From Thermodesulfobacteriota bacterium (GTDB lineage: Bacteria; Desulfobacterota; Desulfobacteria; Desulfobacterales; C00003060), in NCBI GenBank assembly GCA_034189385.1, contig JAXHVD010000011.1:64001-128000 (forward strand): 64,000 nucleotides of DNA, given 5' to 3'. Made by a program: the position numbers and the translations under genes. Each line of letters starts with the position of its first letter. The stretch's first letter is position 1. The notes under the pieces are model-generated. The model was not told the origin of the DNA and searched no databases. It worked only from the letters and a program-made list of their open reading frames with translations. Below are positions 9,440 through 20,307 of this stretch, one piece after another.

Positions 9440-11836
9440 TTGCCAGAGCCCCATGGCCAGGATGACCCTGTTTCTCAAGCCTTGTCCCTTATGGAACGGG
9501 TCTTCGGGTTTCCTGAATTTCGACCGGGACAGCAAGAGATCCTGGAATCCGTGCTCTCCGGGGACGACGCCCTAGTGATCATGCCCACGGGCGGGGGCAA
9601 GTCCTTGTGCTTTCAGGTCCCCGCCTTCCTCAGGTCTGGTACCACCCTTGTCATATCTCCCCTCATTGCCCTCATGAAGGATCAGGTGGACACCCTGGGC
9701 GTGCTGGACCTTCCGATCACCGCTGTCCACAGCCTCATGGGACAGAGAGCCCAGGAGGAAGCTTTAAAGGAGATTGCCACGGGTCATATCAAGCTGGTCT
9801 ATGCCTCGCCGGAGAGACTTCGAAACCGTTTCTTCATCCAAGCCCTGAGGCAATGCACCGTTTCCATGGTGGCTGTCGATGAGGCCCATTGCATTTCCCA
9901 GTGGGGCCATGATTTCAGGCCGGACTACTTGAGGATCAGCCAGGCCTTGGAACAACTGGGCAGGCCCCAGACTATAGCCCTGACGGCCACGGCCACGGAG
10001 AAGGTCCGCGCCGACATTGTCGAGCACCTGGGGCTGAGGGCTGCCAAGGTCTTTGTGACCGGGTTTGATCGCCGAAATCTTTTCTGGGAGGTGCTTTACG
10101 CCAAGAACGAAAAAGAAAAACAGGTCGTCATCGGAAAGCGGCTTAGGGCCCTTTCAGGGGCCGCCATCATCTATACGGGGACAAGGAAGAAGGTGGAGGC
10201 CACTGTAGCCAGGCTTAAGGAGGATGGATTCAAGGCGGAGGCCTATCACGCCGGCCTGGATGAACCTGAGCGGACCCGTGTCCAGGATCGGTTCATGGAG
10301 GGCTGCACGGACCTTGTGGTGGCCACCAATGCCTTTGGAATGGGCATTGACCGGGCCGACATCCGCATGGTCATTCACCACACATTTCCCGGAACCATTG
10401 AAGCCTATTATCAGGAAGGAGGCAGGGCCGGAAGGGATGGTGAGGCTGCCACCTGTTTGCTTTTATACAGCCCTTCCGACAGAAGGCTTCAAGAGTTTTT
10501 TATAGAGGCCCGTTACCCGCCTCGTGAGGACATCTTTGCTGTTTATAAACTCCTCAGGGGCCAGCCTCAGGACTTGCTGTGGCTCACCTATCGTGAGATT
10601 GCCGAAATGGGCAACAACAAGATCTCGGAGATGGCCGTGGGCTCGTGCGTCAAGATCCTGGAAGATGCCGGGGCCCTGAAGAGGCTCAGACGCTACGATA
10701 AGCTGGCAGAACTGTATATGCTCGCCAGGCCACAGCTCCTTCTTGCCAGGATCTCATCCAAGGCCAGAGCCAAGAGACAGGTCATGGAGACCTTGATCCG
10801 GCTTTACGGAGAAGTAGACCTCATGGAAGGGGTCCAGTTTCTCCCCCATGAATTAGCTGCAAGGGCGGGGATAACTGCCGACGTCTTAAGGAGGACCTTA
10901 TCGGAGATGGACGGCCGTGGAGAAGCCACTTATGTCCCGCCTTTTCGTGGCCGGGGACTTCGCATCCTCCATCGCGTCCCCCGGGCAGAGCTTGACATCG
11001 ATTTTGAAACCCTTCAGGCGCGGAAGGCCTATGAGCTTGAAAAGCTGGATCGGGTCATGGCCTACGCCAGTTCGCAGGAGTGTCGCAGGACGTTCTTACT
11101 GCGCTACTTTGGCGAGACCCTGAAAGATGACAGGTGCCATGCCTGCGATGTGTGTCAAAGGCGGGGCGCCGGGTCAGGTAAGCCAGTGCCCACCGCTGAG
11201 CCGATCATAGCGGTCAAGGTCTTAAGCGGCATTGCCCGACTCAACGGACGGTTCGGCCTGGCCATGGCCGCCAAGGTGCTTACCGGCTCCAGAGACCGCA
11301 TGGTGCTGCAGTTCGGGCTTCACCGCCTGTCCACCTATGGGCTCCTTTCGGGGTATACACAGGATCAGGTCCAGCAATGGATTAAGGAACTCATCGCCCA
11401 AGGGTGCGCTGTCTCCCGGAGAACCTCCATGAGGGAAAAGATCTACCCGGTACTGGAGCTTACCAGCAGGGGCCGGGCCGTCATGACAGGAAAAGAGGAG
11501 ATCCTTGTGTCTGCACCTGTAAGGGAGGTCCCCTCGCTCTCGCCACGGCCAGGTCGGCGGGGCGGGAAGAAAGGGCGCGCCACTGAAAAACCCCTTTCTG
11601 AGGGACAGGAAGCGGCTGTATTCGAAGGGCTGAGGCAACTGCGGTCCACCCTTGCCCGAAAGGAAGGGCGGCCAGCCTACTGCATCTTTCAGGACCGGAC
11701 CCTTAAGGAAATGGCGAGAAGGCTGCCGAAAACACCGGAGGAACTCCTTCGTATTGTTGGCGTGGGCGAGGTGACGCTGGGAAAGTACGGGAGCCAGTTC
11801 TTGGAAGTGATCCAAAAGGTGGGTGGCAGTGAGTAA
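9440..11836 (+). CDS. recQ: RecQ-family DNA helicase with RQC and HRDC domains
   Basis: MPTGGGKS, DEAHCISQWGHDFRP, ATNAFGMGID, QEGGRAGRDG, CRR...C..CD.C, C-terminal PAYCIF; TTG start with AGGAGG. Confidence 0.93.
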   Translation: MPEPHGQDDPVSQALSLMERVFGFPEFRPGQQEILESVLSGDDALVIMPTGGGKSLCFQVPAFLRSGTTLVISPLIALMKDQVDTLGVLDLPITAVHSLMGQRAQEEALKEIATGHIKLVYASPERLRNRFFIQALRQCTVSMVAVDEAHCISQWGHDFRPDYLRISQALEQLGRPQTIALTATATEKVRADIVEHLGLRAAKVFVTGFDRRNLFWEVLYAKNEKEKQVVIGKRLRALSGAAIIYTGTRKKVEATVARLKEDGFKAEAYHAGLDEPERTRVQDRFMEGCTDLVVATNAFGMGIDRADIRMVIHHTFPGTIEAYYQEGGRAGRDGEAATCLLLYSPSDRRLQEFFIEARYPPREDIFAVYKLLRGQPQDLLWLTYREIAEMGNNKISEMAVGSCVKILEDAGALKRLRRYDKLAELYMLARPQLLLARISSKARAKRQVMETLIRLYGEVDLMEGVQFLPHELAARAGITADVLRRTLSEMDGRGEATYVPPFRGRGLRILHRVPRAELDIDFETLQARKAYELEKLDRVMAYASSQECRRTFLLRYFGETLKDDRCHACDVCQRRGAGSGKPVPTAEPIIAVKVLSGIARLNGRFGLAMAAKVLTGSRDRMVLQFGLHRLSTYGLLSGYTQDQVQQWIKELIAQGCAVSRRTSMREKIYPVLELTSRGRAVMTGKEEILVSAPVREVPSLSPRPGRRGGKKGRATEKPLSEGQEAAVFEGLRQLRSTLARKEGRPAYCIFQDRTLKEMARRLPKTPEELLRIVGVGEVTLGKYGSQFLEVIQKVGGSE

Positions 11837-12731
11837 GGCGTCCTGCTTTGACGTCTGTGTGGTGGGCCATGTAACCGAGGACATTCTAACGGCCGCCCAG
11901 ACAACGACATCGCTCCCCGGGGGCACGGCATATTATACGGCCATGGCCCTAAAGAGGCTTGGTCTCAATGTGGCCGTGGTGACCAAAGGAGCGAAAGAGG
12001 ACAGGGATTACCTGCTCCATGAGCTGTTGGCAAAGAAGATTTCAGTATTCTGGGAAGAAGGAGACTCCACAACCGTCTTTGAGAATACTTACAGCGGCGA
12101 AGATCTGGGGGCACGCACCCAGACCCTAAAGGCCATGGGCACTCCCTTTGGGGCAAAAGATGTAGCAAAGATCAGGGCAAGGGCCTTTCATCTTGGGCCC
12201 CTCTTTAGGGAGGACATCCCTTTACAGGTCGTCGAAAAGGCGGCCAAACAAACAAAGACCGTCTCACTGGATGTGCAAGGCATGGTAAGACCTGCCCGCC
12301 TTGGGCCGGTCATTCAGCAGGCCTGGCCGGACAAGGAGAAATGGCTGGGACTCGTGCATGTTTTAAAGGCCAATGCCCAAGAGGCCCTCATCCTTTCCGG
12401 AAGAAAGGACGCCGAAAAGGCAGCAGCGGTTCTTGCCTCCTTTGGTCCGAGGGAGGTGGTTATTACGCTGGGGGGGCGGGGATCTATCGTGTATGCTGAT
12501 GGCACCATTTACAGAATCCCCAGCTTCAGCCCAAGAAAGCTTGTGGATCCAACAGGGTGCGGTGATACATATGCAGCGGCGTATTTATGTAAGCGTTTGA
12601 AAGATGCTTCCCCTGGGGAGGCAGGGCGGTTTGCCGCTGCAACGGCCACTTTGAAACTTGAAGGTCTTGGGCCCTTCAAGGGGTCTGAAAAAGACGTTGT
12701 TGCCGGACTATCTTCCTTTACTACATCTTGA
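11829..12731 (+). CDS. PfkB-family carbohydrate kinase
   Basis: PGGTAYY, VVITLGGRGS, DPTGCGDTY; overlaps recQ stop. Confidence 0.9.
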   Translation: MSKASCFDVCVVGHVTEDILTAAQTTTSLPGGTAYYTAMALKRLGLNVAVVTKGAKEDRDYLLHELLAKKISVFWEEGDSTTVFENTYSGEDLGARTQTLKAMGTPFGAKDVAKIRARAFHLGPLFREDIPLQVVEKAAKQTKTVSLDVQGMVRPARLGPVIQQAWPDKEKWLGLVHVLKANAQEALILSGRKDAEKAAAVLASFGPREVVITLGGRGSIVYADGTIYRIPSFSPRKLVDPTGCGDTYAAAYLCKRLKDASPGEAGRFAAATATLKLEGLGPFKGSEKDVVAGLSSFTTS

Positions 12732-12811
12732 TCATGGAATATGGTTCAAAGGTCCTTTCTCCCATTTCACAGGCTGAATCTGTAACCCTTCTAAGATAAG
12801 GGAAAAGTAAA

Positions 12812-13675
12812 ATGCACAGAAAAGTTAAATCCGTATATGGGTTGGTTCTGGTCGCTGCGATCATCGTGGTCGGCGCGGGTTGTGTCAAACGTGCTGATGT
12901 CATCCAGGTACCTCTCCCGGTTGCCTCAACCAGCCAGATTGTCTCTGCGGTTCTGGCCAAGGACCTTCCAGGATTGGACCCTGCGGGAGAAGGCTCCAGT
13001 ATTTCCGGTTGGAAGGAATTTGTAGCGAGAATAGAGGAGTTCATTGCCCGGCATCTGGACGAACCTGAAATAGTCAACCCCCTTCGGATCAAAGAGGCCA
13101 TCCTTCTTCTTTCCGTGGGTGAGAACAATCTGGGGGCGGCAGCCTTTAACGAGATCGACGGCACGCATCTATCCGATGAGCGAGACAAGGCCCTTTTTGA
13201 CATTCAAGAAACCCTCATCTGGTGGTACGGCATTGGAGGAGAAAACAGCGGATTCTCAAGAGAAGACATAGAGAAAAACGCCAAAAAGGCTCTGGACAAC
13301 CTTTCTGCAGTTGCTGAAAGTCTTAAGGAATCGAAAGACACCAAACGACTCCTTGAACAAATAAGGGTCCGCATTGCCAACCGCTTGGCAGGTGCCACTA
13401 CAGACCCAAGTGAGACCCGGGCGATTCTTGAGGACGGCCTCTGTCGCTACGCTGCCCAGTTTGATCCGTCAGAGTATCTCTTGATCCAAAACTGGAACCA
13501 GCAGGAGCCAAGGCCAGGGCTCCTGCCGAGGCTTAGTGACGTTCGCTGGTACGAATACGTGCCAACGGCATTCAAGCAGGCCCAGGCTGCCTGGGCGATC
13601 CATGTCCGCCACGGCGAAGCGCCCTTGGAAATCCCCGAGTGGGTCTCGTGCATGGAAGACGGGACCTGCCCGTGA
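12812..13675 (+). CDS. Hypothetical lipoprotein
   Basis: Signal peptide with lipobox GAGC; helical, no family recognised. Confidence 0.7.
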   Translation: MHRKVKSVYGLVLVAAIIVVGAGCVKRADVIQVPLPVASTSQIVSAVLAKDLPGLDPAGEGSSISGWKEFVARIEEFIARHLDEPEIVNPLRIKEAILLLSVGENNLGAAAFNEIDGTHLSDERDKALFDIQETLIWWYGIGGENSGFSREDIEKNAKKALDNLSAVAESLKESKDTKRLLEQIRVRIANRLAGATTDPSETRAILEDGLCRYAAQFDPSEYLLIQNWNQQEPRPGLLPRLSDVRWYEYVPTAFKQAQAAWAIHVRHGEAPLEIPEWVSCMEDGTCP

Positions 13676-13688
13676 GAGCCTCTACACT

Positions 13689-13871
13689 CTGGGCAAGAGG
13701 CTAGGTGGCTTGTTGCCCATCTGTATGGCCTGCAAAAAGATCGGTCACGACAAAGGGTAGTGGCGTCAGATTGAAGGGCATATACGAGATCATTCTACAG
13801 CCGGCTTCAGCCACGGCATTTGCCCTGCCTGTGCCAAGGAACTCAATCCTGACATAGGAATCAAAGACTAA
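13689..13871 (+). pseudogene. Fragment of the CxxC...H..CxxC C-terminal domain found on PAS/REC signalling proteins, with in-frame TAG
   Basis: LGGLLPICMACKKIGHDKG*WRQIEGHIRDHSTAGFSHGICPACAKELNPDIGIKD*; TAG at 13758-13760. Confidence 0.7.
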
Positions 13872-13935
13872 GTCTGGAGTTTCTTCGTGTTCTTTGCAGG
13901 CCCTTTCATGGGGCCTTGGCAGTCCAGGAAAAAGA

Positions 13936-14343
13936 ATGGATTTCATTTTGGAAAACCTTGCCATTGGGGACTATGAGGAGGCCCTGGAACCATCTTCTCA
14001 GATTGACGCATTGCTCTGTGTAGCAAAGGAAAGAGATATCCACGACACGAGATGCAAATACCATAAGGTTCCCATTGTAGATATGCAGCCCATTCCGCCG
14101 GAGCAAATGCGGGAGGCCGTGGAGTGGATAAGAGACCATATCAATGATCGTAAGATCATGGTCTTCTGCAACGCGGGCATCGGTCGATCCCCTTCAGTGG
14201 CGGTTGCCTATATTTGTTGCATATTGGGTGTTTCCTTTGGTGAGGGCGTAGAATATGTTGCCGTAAGGAAACCATACATGTCCACGCTTCCGAATCTCAT
14301 ACTGACCATTGAAGAGACCAAAAAGCAGTTGGGGAAAACTTGA
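13936..14343 (+). CDS. Dual-specificity protein phosphatase
   Basis: CX5R motif FCNAGIGRS; general-acid loop PIVD. Confidence 0.9.
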   Translation: MDFILENLAIGDYEEALEPSSQIDALLCVAKERDIHDTRCKYHKVPIVDMQPIPPEQMREAVEWIRDHINDRKIMVFCNAGIGRSPSVAVAYICCILGVSFGEGVEYVAVRKPYMSTLPNLILTIEETKKQLGKT

Positions 14344-14619
14344 TCCGGTAGGCACCTTGCTCAAGTTTTGCAGTCCTCGTTTCCACTAATCGTAGGTGTG
14401 TCAGGACTTGTAGCCCTTAGGTTTGGCAACAGAGGGATGGGGAGATTGGCTGAACCAAGGCCTACAGCCATTGCCACCCACCATCTCTTCACGGCTACTA
14501 AAGGCATTGGAGGCAGAAGAGAAGCGGATCTCCCCATCCCGGCGCTTCTATTGCATAGCAACGGCCCAAACCAGCCCCCTGCCCTTTTCTAGAAACCTCT
14601 GCACCCTTTAAGCTTTTGA

Positions 14620-14670
14620 TTGAAGACCCTGCAGCAATCTGCGGGGAATGCGCTCGCTTAATCGGTTCAA
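14620..14670. repeat. TTGAA...TTCAA hairpin element, copy A
   Basis: TTGAAGA-CCCTGCAG-CAAT-CTGCGGGG-AATGCGCTCGCTTAATCGGTTCAA; related to 15038, 29776, 55310. Confidence 0.75.
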
Positions 14671-15037
14671 CTGCTTGATATGGGTGCGCCTCTTTTCAAG
14701 CCGTGCGGCGCAAACTTGAGCACCTTCCAAAACCCTTCCAAGATAGGCCCCATGGGTCAGAGGCATGTCACGCCGGGCATGTCCCTGAACCCTGTGCCAG
14801 AATGTTTTGCCCTTGTCGCGGCTAGTCCCCGTCCCCTCATCATATTGACAGACAAGGCCCAGGCCTGGTATGATAAGAATGGTTCCAGGCGATTGACGAT
14901 CTTGCCTCTTCTGGGGCGCCAGAGTGTGTCTGAGTCATGAACCGCCCCGAGAGGAACAAAGAGGTGGCCTCTAGAGTTGCACACCTTTTGATCTTCTTGG
15001 ACGGTCCCACCTTAATAAGCCGTTCCTTTTCAACAAA

Positions 15038-15092
15038 TTGAACCCTCCCCGTGGCAAGCTACGCGGATTGGGATCTCTAGTATTCGGTTCAA
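15038..15092. repeat. TTGAA...TTCAA hairpin element, copy B
   Basis: TTGAACCCTCCCCGTGGCAAGCTACGCGG...TATTCGGTTCAA. Confidence 0.7.
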
Positions 15093-15124
15093 CAGGACAA
15101 CCTTCACACAAGGGAGGAAAAGAG

Positions 15125-18100
15125 ATGCATGCTATCAGAATCATTACGGTTTCTGGATGGATCAACCCTTTTCTCAGATGGATTTCCCTGGCCGGCCTTT
15201 TTTTGATGCTCACCTACGGGTACGCCTTTGCCGACATAAACTGGACTTCCGTCTGGGGAACGCCGACCATTGACGGCCAGTTGGACGAGGGGGAATGGGA
15301 TGCCGGGGTGTGGAGGGAGTTTGACCACGGCTATGCCAAGGTGCAAAACGACCACATCAGGCTCTACATCCTCATTGACGTCTTTGAAGACATATCAAAC
15401 GACCCGGTGGGCCCAGACGGAGACTATATCAACATCACCTTTGACAGAAATGGAGACGCCGAGATCTCTGACTCTGACATGAACTATCGACTGTTTAACG
15501 ACGGACACACTTTTCGCTACCAGCACTATACGGGGCCCTCTGCCTTTGACCCCGAGGTTCTGCCCACGCGGTCGAGCGTGGCCCCTGGTTTTGGCTGCTT
15601 CTGGGCAGACGGCACCTTTGCTGAGGTTGACTGGGTAAGCATATGTAATGAACATCGTGTGTGGGAGATCGCCATAGACCTTCGTGAGATCGGTTCATCG
15701 CCGGGTGTCACCACGCGCATGGGGATAAAGGTCCAGTCGCCGGATTTCGAGGAGTACATTCCCCCAACAGACTTCTTTGGCGACTTCACGGAGCTGATCA
15801 GGGTGTCCCTGGAAGACGAACCCTGGCCCTTGCCGTCCTATGCTGTTTTGCCCAGTTTTGACGAGACGCTCTCCACAGACGCCATAGAGATCACACAGGC
15901 CATCCAGGGGAGAGACAACAGCATGCCATTGGTGGCGGATAAGAACACAGCAGCAAGGATGTATGTGGATGGCGACTTCGTCGTGGCCTGCCTCTACGGG
16001 ACCAGGGATGGACTTGACCTGCCCGGCTCACCCTTGGCCAAGTTGACTCATGGCCGGGATGCCGTTGACAGGGAAAAACTGGAGGACACGGTGAACTTCC
16101 TTGTTCCACGCTCATGGACTGATGGAACCGTTGATTTTCAGGGAAAGGCCCTAGACTATGAATCATACAGCCTGGAGGCGGACACACGTCCCATCACTGT
16201 CACCTTCACACCAAAGGAAAAACCCATCTATTGGGTGGTGCGAGTGAATGCAGGGACAGAGGAGGCGCCTATTCTGGCAGACCATGCTGAAATAAGGGCT
16301 CAGGAGAACTACTTGAAGACCGTGTACCCCCTGCCGGGTGTGCGATTCAGGAGGCTTCCATGGCAGGCCGTAGGCGCTCTCAACACGACAGACTACGGTG
16401 TCTATACCCGCGAGCTCGAAGAGCTCTGGCTTGGTGCCTTCCTGGGTGCTGCGTTTACCGGGAATTGGCACCTCATGCCGGATCAGATTTACGGTTTTGC
16501 CCCCTCTTGCGACACTGCCGGGGATAGATGTGGAACGAGCACACCCACTTGGTGGAGGGGCGGTTTAGGCCTTGTTGCCACGGGATTCAGAAAAGAATGT
16601 ATAGGTTCCCCCCCTACTATCTGTTCGGGCGGCAGCACGCCGGTCGCATGCGATTACGCTGTCATGGCCCATGAGATAAACCACAATTTGGACACGAGTG
16701 AGGATGGCACGTGGGGTATGCATGTGGCCAATCCTGATGGGTCAAATGATAGCAACTGGGGTTGTGGCGCGGCAGGACATGATCCGGAGTGGCCCGCTGT
16801 CTGGGGCAACGATCATATTCAGGAGGTGGGATTTGATACCCGCCTGCCTTGGGACGACCCAGACCCAGGCATTTGCACTTACGATACTTTCACCGTCATA
16901 CCAAGCTCCTTTCCTGATTTCATGTCCTACTGCTGGTCAAAAATACCTTCGGGCGATCCCCGAGTTCCCACCATATCTGCAAACCCCACCAGATGGATAT
17001 CGACATATCGGTGGGTGCGCCTGTTCTGCGCGTTGCCCTTCCCCCAAGGTGTGACCGCTCCCACCCTGTGTTTCGACCAGGCTATGCCGCCCTTTCCTAT
17101 GGCCTTCGTAGAACAACTGAGACAGGGTCAACACCAAACGGAGCCGTCCTTTTACGTGTCCGGATCTGTCTACAGAAACGGTACCGGGACCCTTGGCCAG
17201 ATATTCGCGCAACCCGGCGTGCCGGCCCAGGACATTCCTGAAGGCGAGTACGCCATCGAGTTGCTGGATGAAAACGGCAAGGCCTTGCTCACCAAGTCCT
17301 TTTTCGTATCCTTTGTAGATGTGGAAGGGGGTGAACTTAACACCGTGGACTTCCACTTCCAGGTTCCGGCCCGGGAGTACACCGCCAAGATCCTACTCAC
17401 ATTGCAGGGCCAGACCCTGGATGTGCTGGAGGTGTCTGAGAATCCTCCCACAATCCAAATAGACGAGCCCCAGCCTGGGGCCAAGTGGGAGACGGGCCGG
17501 CAGACGGTAAAATGGACCGCACAAGATCCGGATCAGGACCCTCTCAGCTTCACTATCCTCTACTCCCCGAACGAGGGCCAGACTTGGCACCCTGTGGCCT
17601 GGGCCGTACAAGGGCAATCCTATGACGTTCACACGAACCTGTTGCCAGGGGGGAGTGGTGGCCGCATCCGTGTTGTTGCCACCGATGGATTCAACACCAA
17701 ACATGCCGATACAGGGGGAACATTCTACGTTCAAGGAAACCCACCGGAGGCCCATATTGGCCAGCCGGAAGAAGGTACACAGTTTGCCTCCGGAGAAACC
17801 ATTGTCTTTGAAGGGCAAGGCTACGACATGGAAGATGGATTCCTGCCTGACGAAGCATTCCTATGGTCTTACGGCGGAAAGGGCTTTGGGACGGGGAGTC
17901 AAGTGACCGCCCGTTTCCCTGAAGGGGCCCACGAGGTGGTCCTCACCGTCGTTGACAGTGATAAAGAAATTGCTCAGGATGTCATAGAGATCACAGTGGT
18001 TGCCGATGCCGACAGGGATGGGATTGTCGATGACGCGGACAACTGCCCTTATCTTCCCAACGCGGATCAGGCAGATGCCGATGGCGACGGCGTAGGAGAT

Positions 18101-18490
18101 GCCTGTGAGACCGAACAGGTGATCTGTGCCTACCTTGGCGACGACTGCAAACCGTCTCTCCTGGACCAGGATATCTTTAAGTTCCGTGGAACCAAGGGCG
18201 AAAGGGTCACGGTGACACTGAAGGCAGAGCCGGAAGAGGCCGGGTGCGGGAAACGGGCCACTTTGATTCTGAAAGACAGGATACGGGGGGTTTGGCTATA
18301 CAACAAAGACAGGGGCAAACTGCCCAATGAGATTACAGCCGAGCTTTCCGGAACCGGGACTTATCTTGTCATCGTTTCCGAGCAGTCCCGATTCGCAAGA
18401 GGAAAGAAATACAGGGGCGATTACTGCATCACCTTGGATGCTTCCCTGGAGACGGCTCAAACTCTTGAGCCGACAAAGTGGGTAGAGTAA
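15125..18490 (+). CDS. Large secreted putative zinc metallopeptidase (CBM9/DOMON-like, HExxH, Ig/PKD-like, TSP3 repeat, PPC-like C-terminus)
   Basis: Signal peptide ending [42 protein letters not shown]...[19 protein letters not shown]. Confidence 0.75.
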   Translation: MHAIRIITVSGWINPFLRWISLAGLFLMLTYGYAFADINWTSVWGTPTIDGQLDEGEWDAGVWREFDHGYAKVQNDHIRLYILIDVFEDISNDPVGPDGDYINITFDRNGDAEISDSDMNYRLFNDGHTFRYQHYTGPSAFDPEVLPTRSSVAPGFGCFWADGTFAEVDWVSICNEHRVWEIAIDLREIGSSPGVTTRMGIKVQSPDFEEYIPPTDFFGDFTELIRVSLEDEPWPLPSYAVLPSFDETLSTDAIEITQAIQGRDNSMPLVADKNTAARMYVDGDFVVACLYGTRDGLDLPGSPLAKLTHGRDAVDREKLEDTVNFLVPRSWTDGTVDFQGKALDYESYSLEADTRPITVTFTPKEKPIYWVVRVNAGTEEAPILADHAEIRAQENYLKTVYPLPGVRFRRLPWQAVGALNTTDYGVYTRELEELWLGAFLGAAFTGNWHLMPDQIYGFAPSCDTAGDRCGTSTPTWWRGGLGLVATGFRKECIGSPPTICSGGSTPVACDYAVMAHEINHNLDTSEDGTWGMHVANPDGSNDSNWGCGAAGHDPEWPAVWGNDHIQEVGFDTRLPWDDPDPGICTYDTFTVIPSSFPDFMSYCWSKIPSGDPRVPTISANPTRWISTYRWVRLFCALPFPQGVTAPTLCFDQAMPPFPMAFVEQLRQGQHQTEPSFYVSGSVYRNGTGTLGQIFAQPGVPAQDIPEGEYAIELLDENGKALLTKSFFVSFVDVEGGELNTVDFHFQVPAREYTAKILLTLQGQTLDVLEVSENPPTIQIDEPQPGAKWETGRQTVKWTAQDPDQDPLSFTILYSPNEGQTWHPVAWAVQGQSYDVHTNLLPGGSGGRIRVVATDGFNTKHADTGGTFYVQGNPPEAHIGQPEEGTQFASGETIVFEGQGYDMEDGFLPDEAFLWSYGGKGFGTGSQVTARFPEGAHEVVLTVVDSDKEIAQDVIEITVVADADRDGIVDDADNCPYLPNADQADADGDGVGDACETEQVICAYLGDDCKPSLLDQDIFKFRGTKGERVTVTLKAEPEEAGCGKRATLILKDRIRGVWLYNKDRGKLPNEITAELSGTGTYLVIVSEQSRFARGKKYRGDYCITLDASLETAQTLEPTKWVE

Positions 18491-18540
18491 CGAAAAAATC
18501 ATAATGGCCCTGGCGAAAAACCAGGGTTTTAGTTCAAAAG

Positions 18541-18570
18541 AGGCAGGGTCAAAAATGGCCCTGCCTTTTG
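18541..18570 (+). terminator. Intrinsic terminator
   Basis: AGGCAGGGTCA-AAAA-TGGCCCTGCCT-TTT after the secreted-protein gene. Confidence 0.7.
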
Positions 18571-18752
18571 CATGGGGTCACCAGGGCCATGTGTGAAGCA
18601 AGGGGACGAAGCGGTCCATTTCAATTACAGTGGCATTGTAAGAGACCCGAGAACCTGCTAACATGGAAACACCATGACATTTAGCCTTTGGCGGGTGTGC
18701 GGCAGGTATGGTCTGTTGGCTGACTGGGTAGTTGAGACGAAGGAGGAAGCGT

Positions 18753-20255
18753 ATGAATAGGACATCTAGTTTGGGTAAAACAAATATAGCAGGAAGACGG
18801 CTTCTGAGAGGATTGGCATTGCTTCTCATTTCATCTGGATTGCTCTTGCCGGTATGTTATGCCGGGGCGGGTTTTCCCCAAGTCGTATTCATTCTTGACG
18901 GCTCAGGCAGCATGTGGGGAGACGCAGGGGGGCAGACAAAGATCGAGGCTGCCAAGGAGGTAATGGCCGAAGTGGTTCCAGGCCTGCCGCCAGAAGTAAA
19001 GGTCGGGCTTGCGGCCTATGGACACAGGCGAAAAGGAGATTGCGCTGACATGGAGATACTGATCCCGCCGGGGAGTGCGGACAGAGAGGGGCTCCTTTCC
19101 AAGGTGAAGGGTCTGTCGCCCAAGGGAAAGACACCCATTGCCGATTCCATCACCATGGTAGCGAACTCGTTGAAAGAGATGGAAGATGAAACCACTATAG
19201 TACTGGTGAGCGATGGAGAGGAGACCTGCCACACCGATCCCTGCGGTGCCGTCAAGAGCCTGAAGACTTCTGGCATCAAATTCATCCTTCACGTGGTGGG
19301 CTTTGGAGTAGATGCCAAAGAGAAGGAACAGCTCACCTGTCTGGCTGAAGCAGGAGGGGGCCAGTATTTTGGCGCCAGTAATGCAGCGTTGCTCCTTTCT
19401 GCCCTGGAGACCGTAAGGGAAGACATTGTGCAAAAGGTGGAAAAGGCCAAGACTACCACTAAAAAGGCGGCCACCAAGCTGGGGAAACTCCGGATCACCA
19501 TGCCACAGGCCTCCACCGTGAGTCTGAACACGTTTAAGATACTACGGGTGTCTGATGGCAAACTCATCAAGACCATTCAAGACCCGGGAGCCGATGCCAC
19601 ACATGCGCTGCTTTCCGGGAGCTACGAGGTTCTGGCCGGTTTTGCCAATTCCAACTACCAACCCGATTCAGAGGTGTCCTTTGGCATCTGGGAACTACAG
19701 GGCGGAGAGACGACAGACATGCCACTGGGGGCCATGGCCATCAATATTGCCGATTCCTTAAAAGGGATACCCGCAGGAGCGGTGATCATCACTAAGGCTG
19801 GAGACGACACGTTTTCTCTGGTCACCCCATACACCGGCAATGACTACTACCTTTACAAGACCAAACCGCTTCCATCAGGGACGTATCATTTGGCTGTCCA
19901 TTACAAGAGGATGTACCTCTATCAAACGGGTGAGACGCCCGTCATCCTTGCCTCCAATGTCCAAGTAACTGAAAGACAAGAGGGCGTCGTGACCATAGAC
20001 TCCGGCATCGTCCTCAAAAAGGCCCAAGATTCAACGGCCACGGCCTGGGAGTTGAGAACGGCAGATAAAGGCGAGGCCATCATGCGCATCGAAAGAGCTT
20101 CCAATGGGGATCATCCATTATGGGCCCCCTATGCTGTCCAGCCCGGCACCTATGATCTCTTGGTGTTCCTTGCAGGGATGACGGAGCCCCTTCCTGTGGG
20201 AGAAGGCTTGCGCATCAGCAAGGGCGGCCTCCTGGAGTTTGACACAGGGCTTTAG
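18753..20255 (+). CDS. Exported VWA-domain protein
   Basis: MIDAS DGSGSM, AYGHRRKGDC, GKTPI, VSDGEETC; signal peptide; RBS AGGAGG. Confidence 0.9.
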   Translation: MNRTSSLGKTNIAGRRLLRGLALLLISSGLLLPVCYAGAGFPQVVFILDGSGSMWGDAGGQTKIEAAKEVMAEVVPGLPPEVKVGLAAYGHRRKGDCADMEILIPPGSADREGLLSKVKGLSPKGKTPIADSITMVANSLKEMEDETTIVLVSDGEETCHTDPCGAVKSLKTSGIKFILHVVGFGVDAKEKEQLTCLAEAGGGQYFGASNAALLLSALETVREDIVQKVEKAKTTTKKAATKLGKLRITMPQASTVSLNTFKILRVSDGKLIKTIQDPGADATHALLSGSYEVLAGFANSNYQPDSEVSFGIWELQGGETTDMPLGAMAINIADSLKGIPAGAVIITKAGDDTFSLVTPYTGNDYYLYKTKPLPSGTYHLAVHYKRMYLYQTGETPVILASNVQVTERQEGVVTIDSGIVLKKAQDSTATAWELRTADKGEAIMRIERASNGDHPLWAPYAVQPGTYDLLVFLAGMTEPLPVGEGLRISKGGLLEFDTGL

Positions 20256-20307
20256 TATCTGAGCCGTTGTGGAAATGTCTCCAGAATGGCTCCGGAGCTG
20301 GTCGACT

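Noticed and set aside
13758..13760. Pyrrolysine decoding of the in-frame TAG
   Set aside because: No pyl genes in window; TAG is a normal stop elsewhere here; point mutation from Tyr is simpler.
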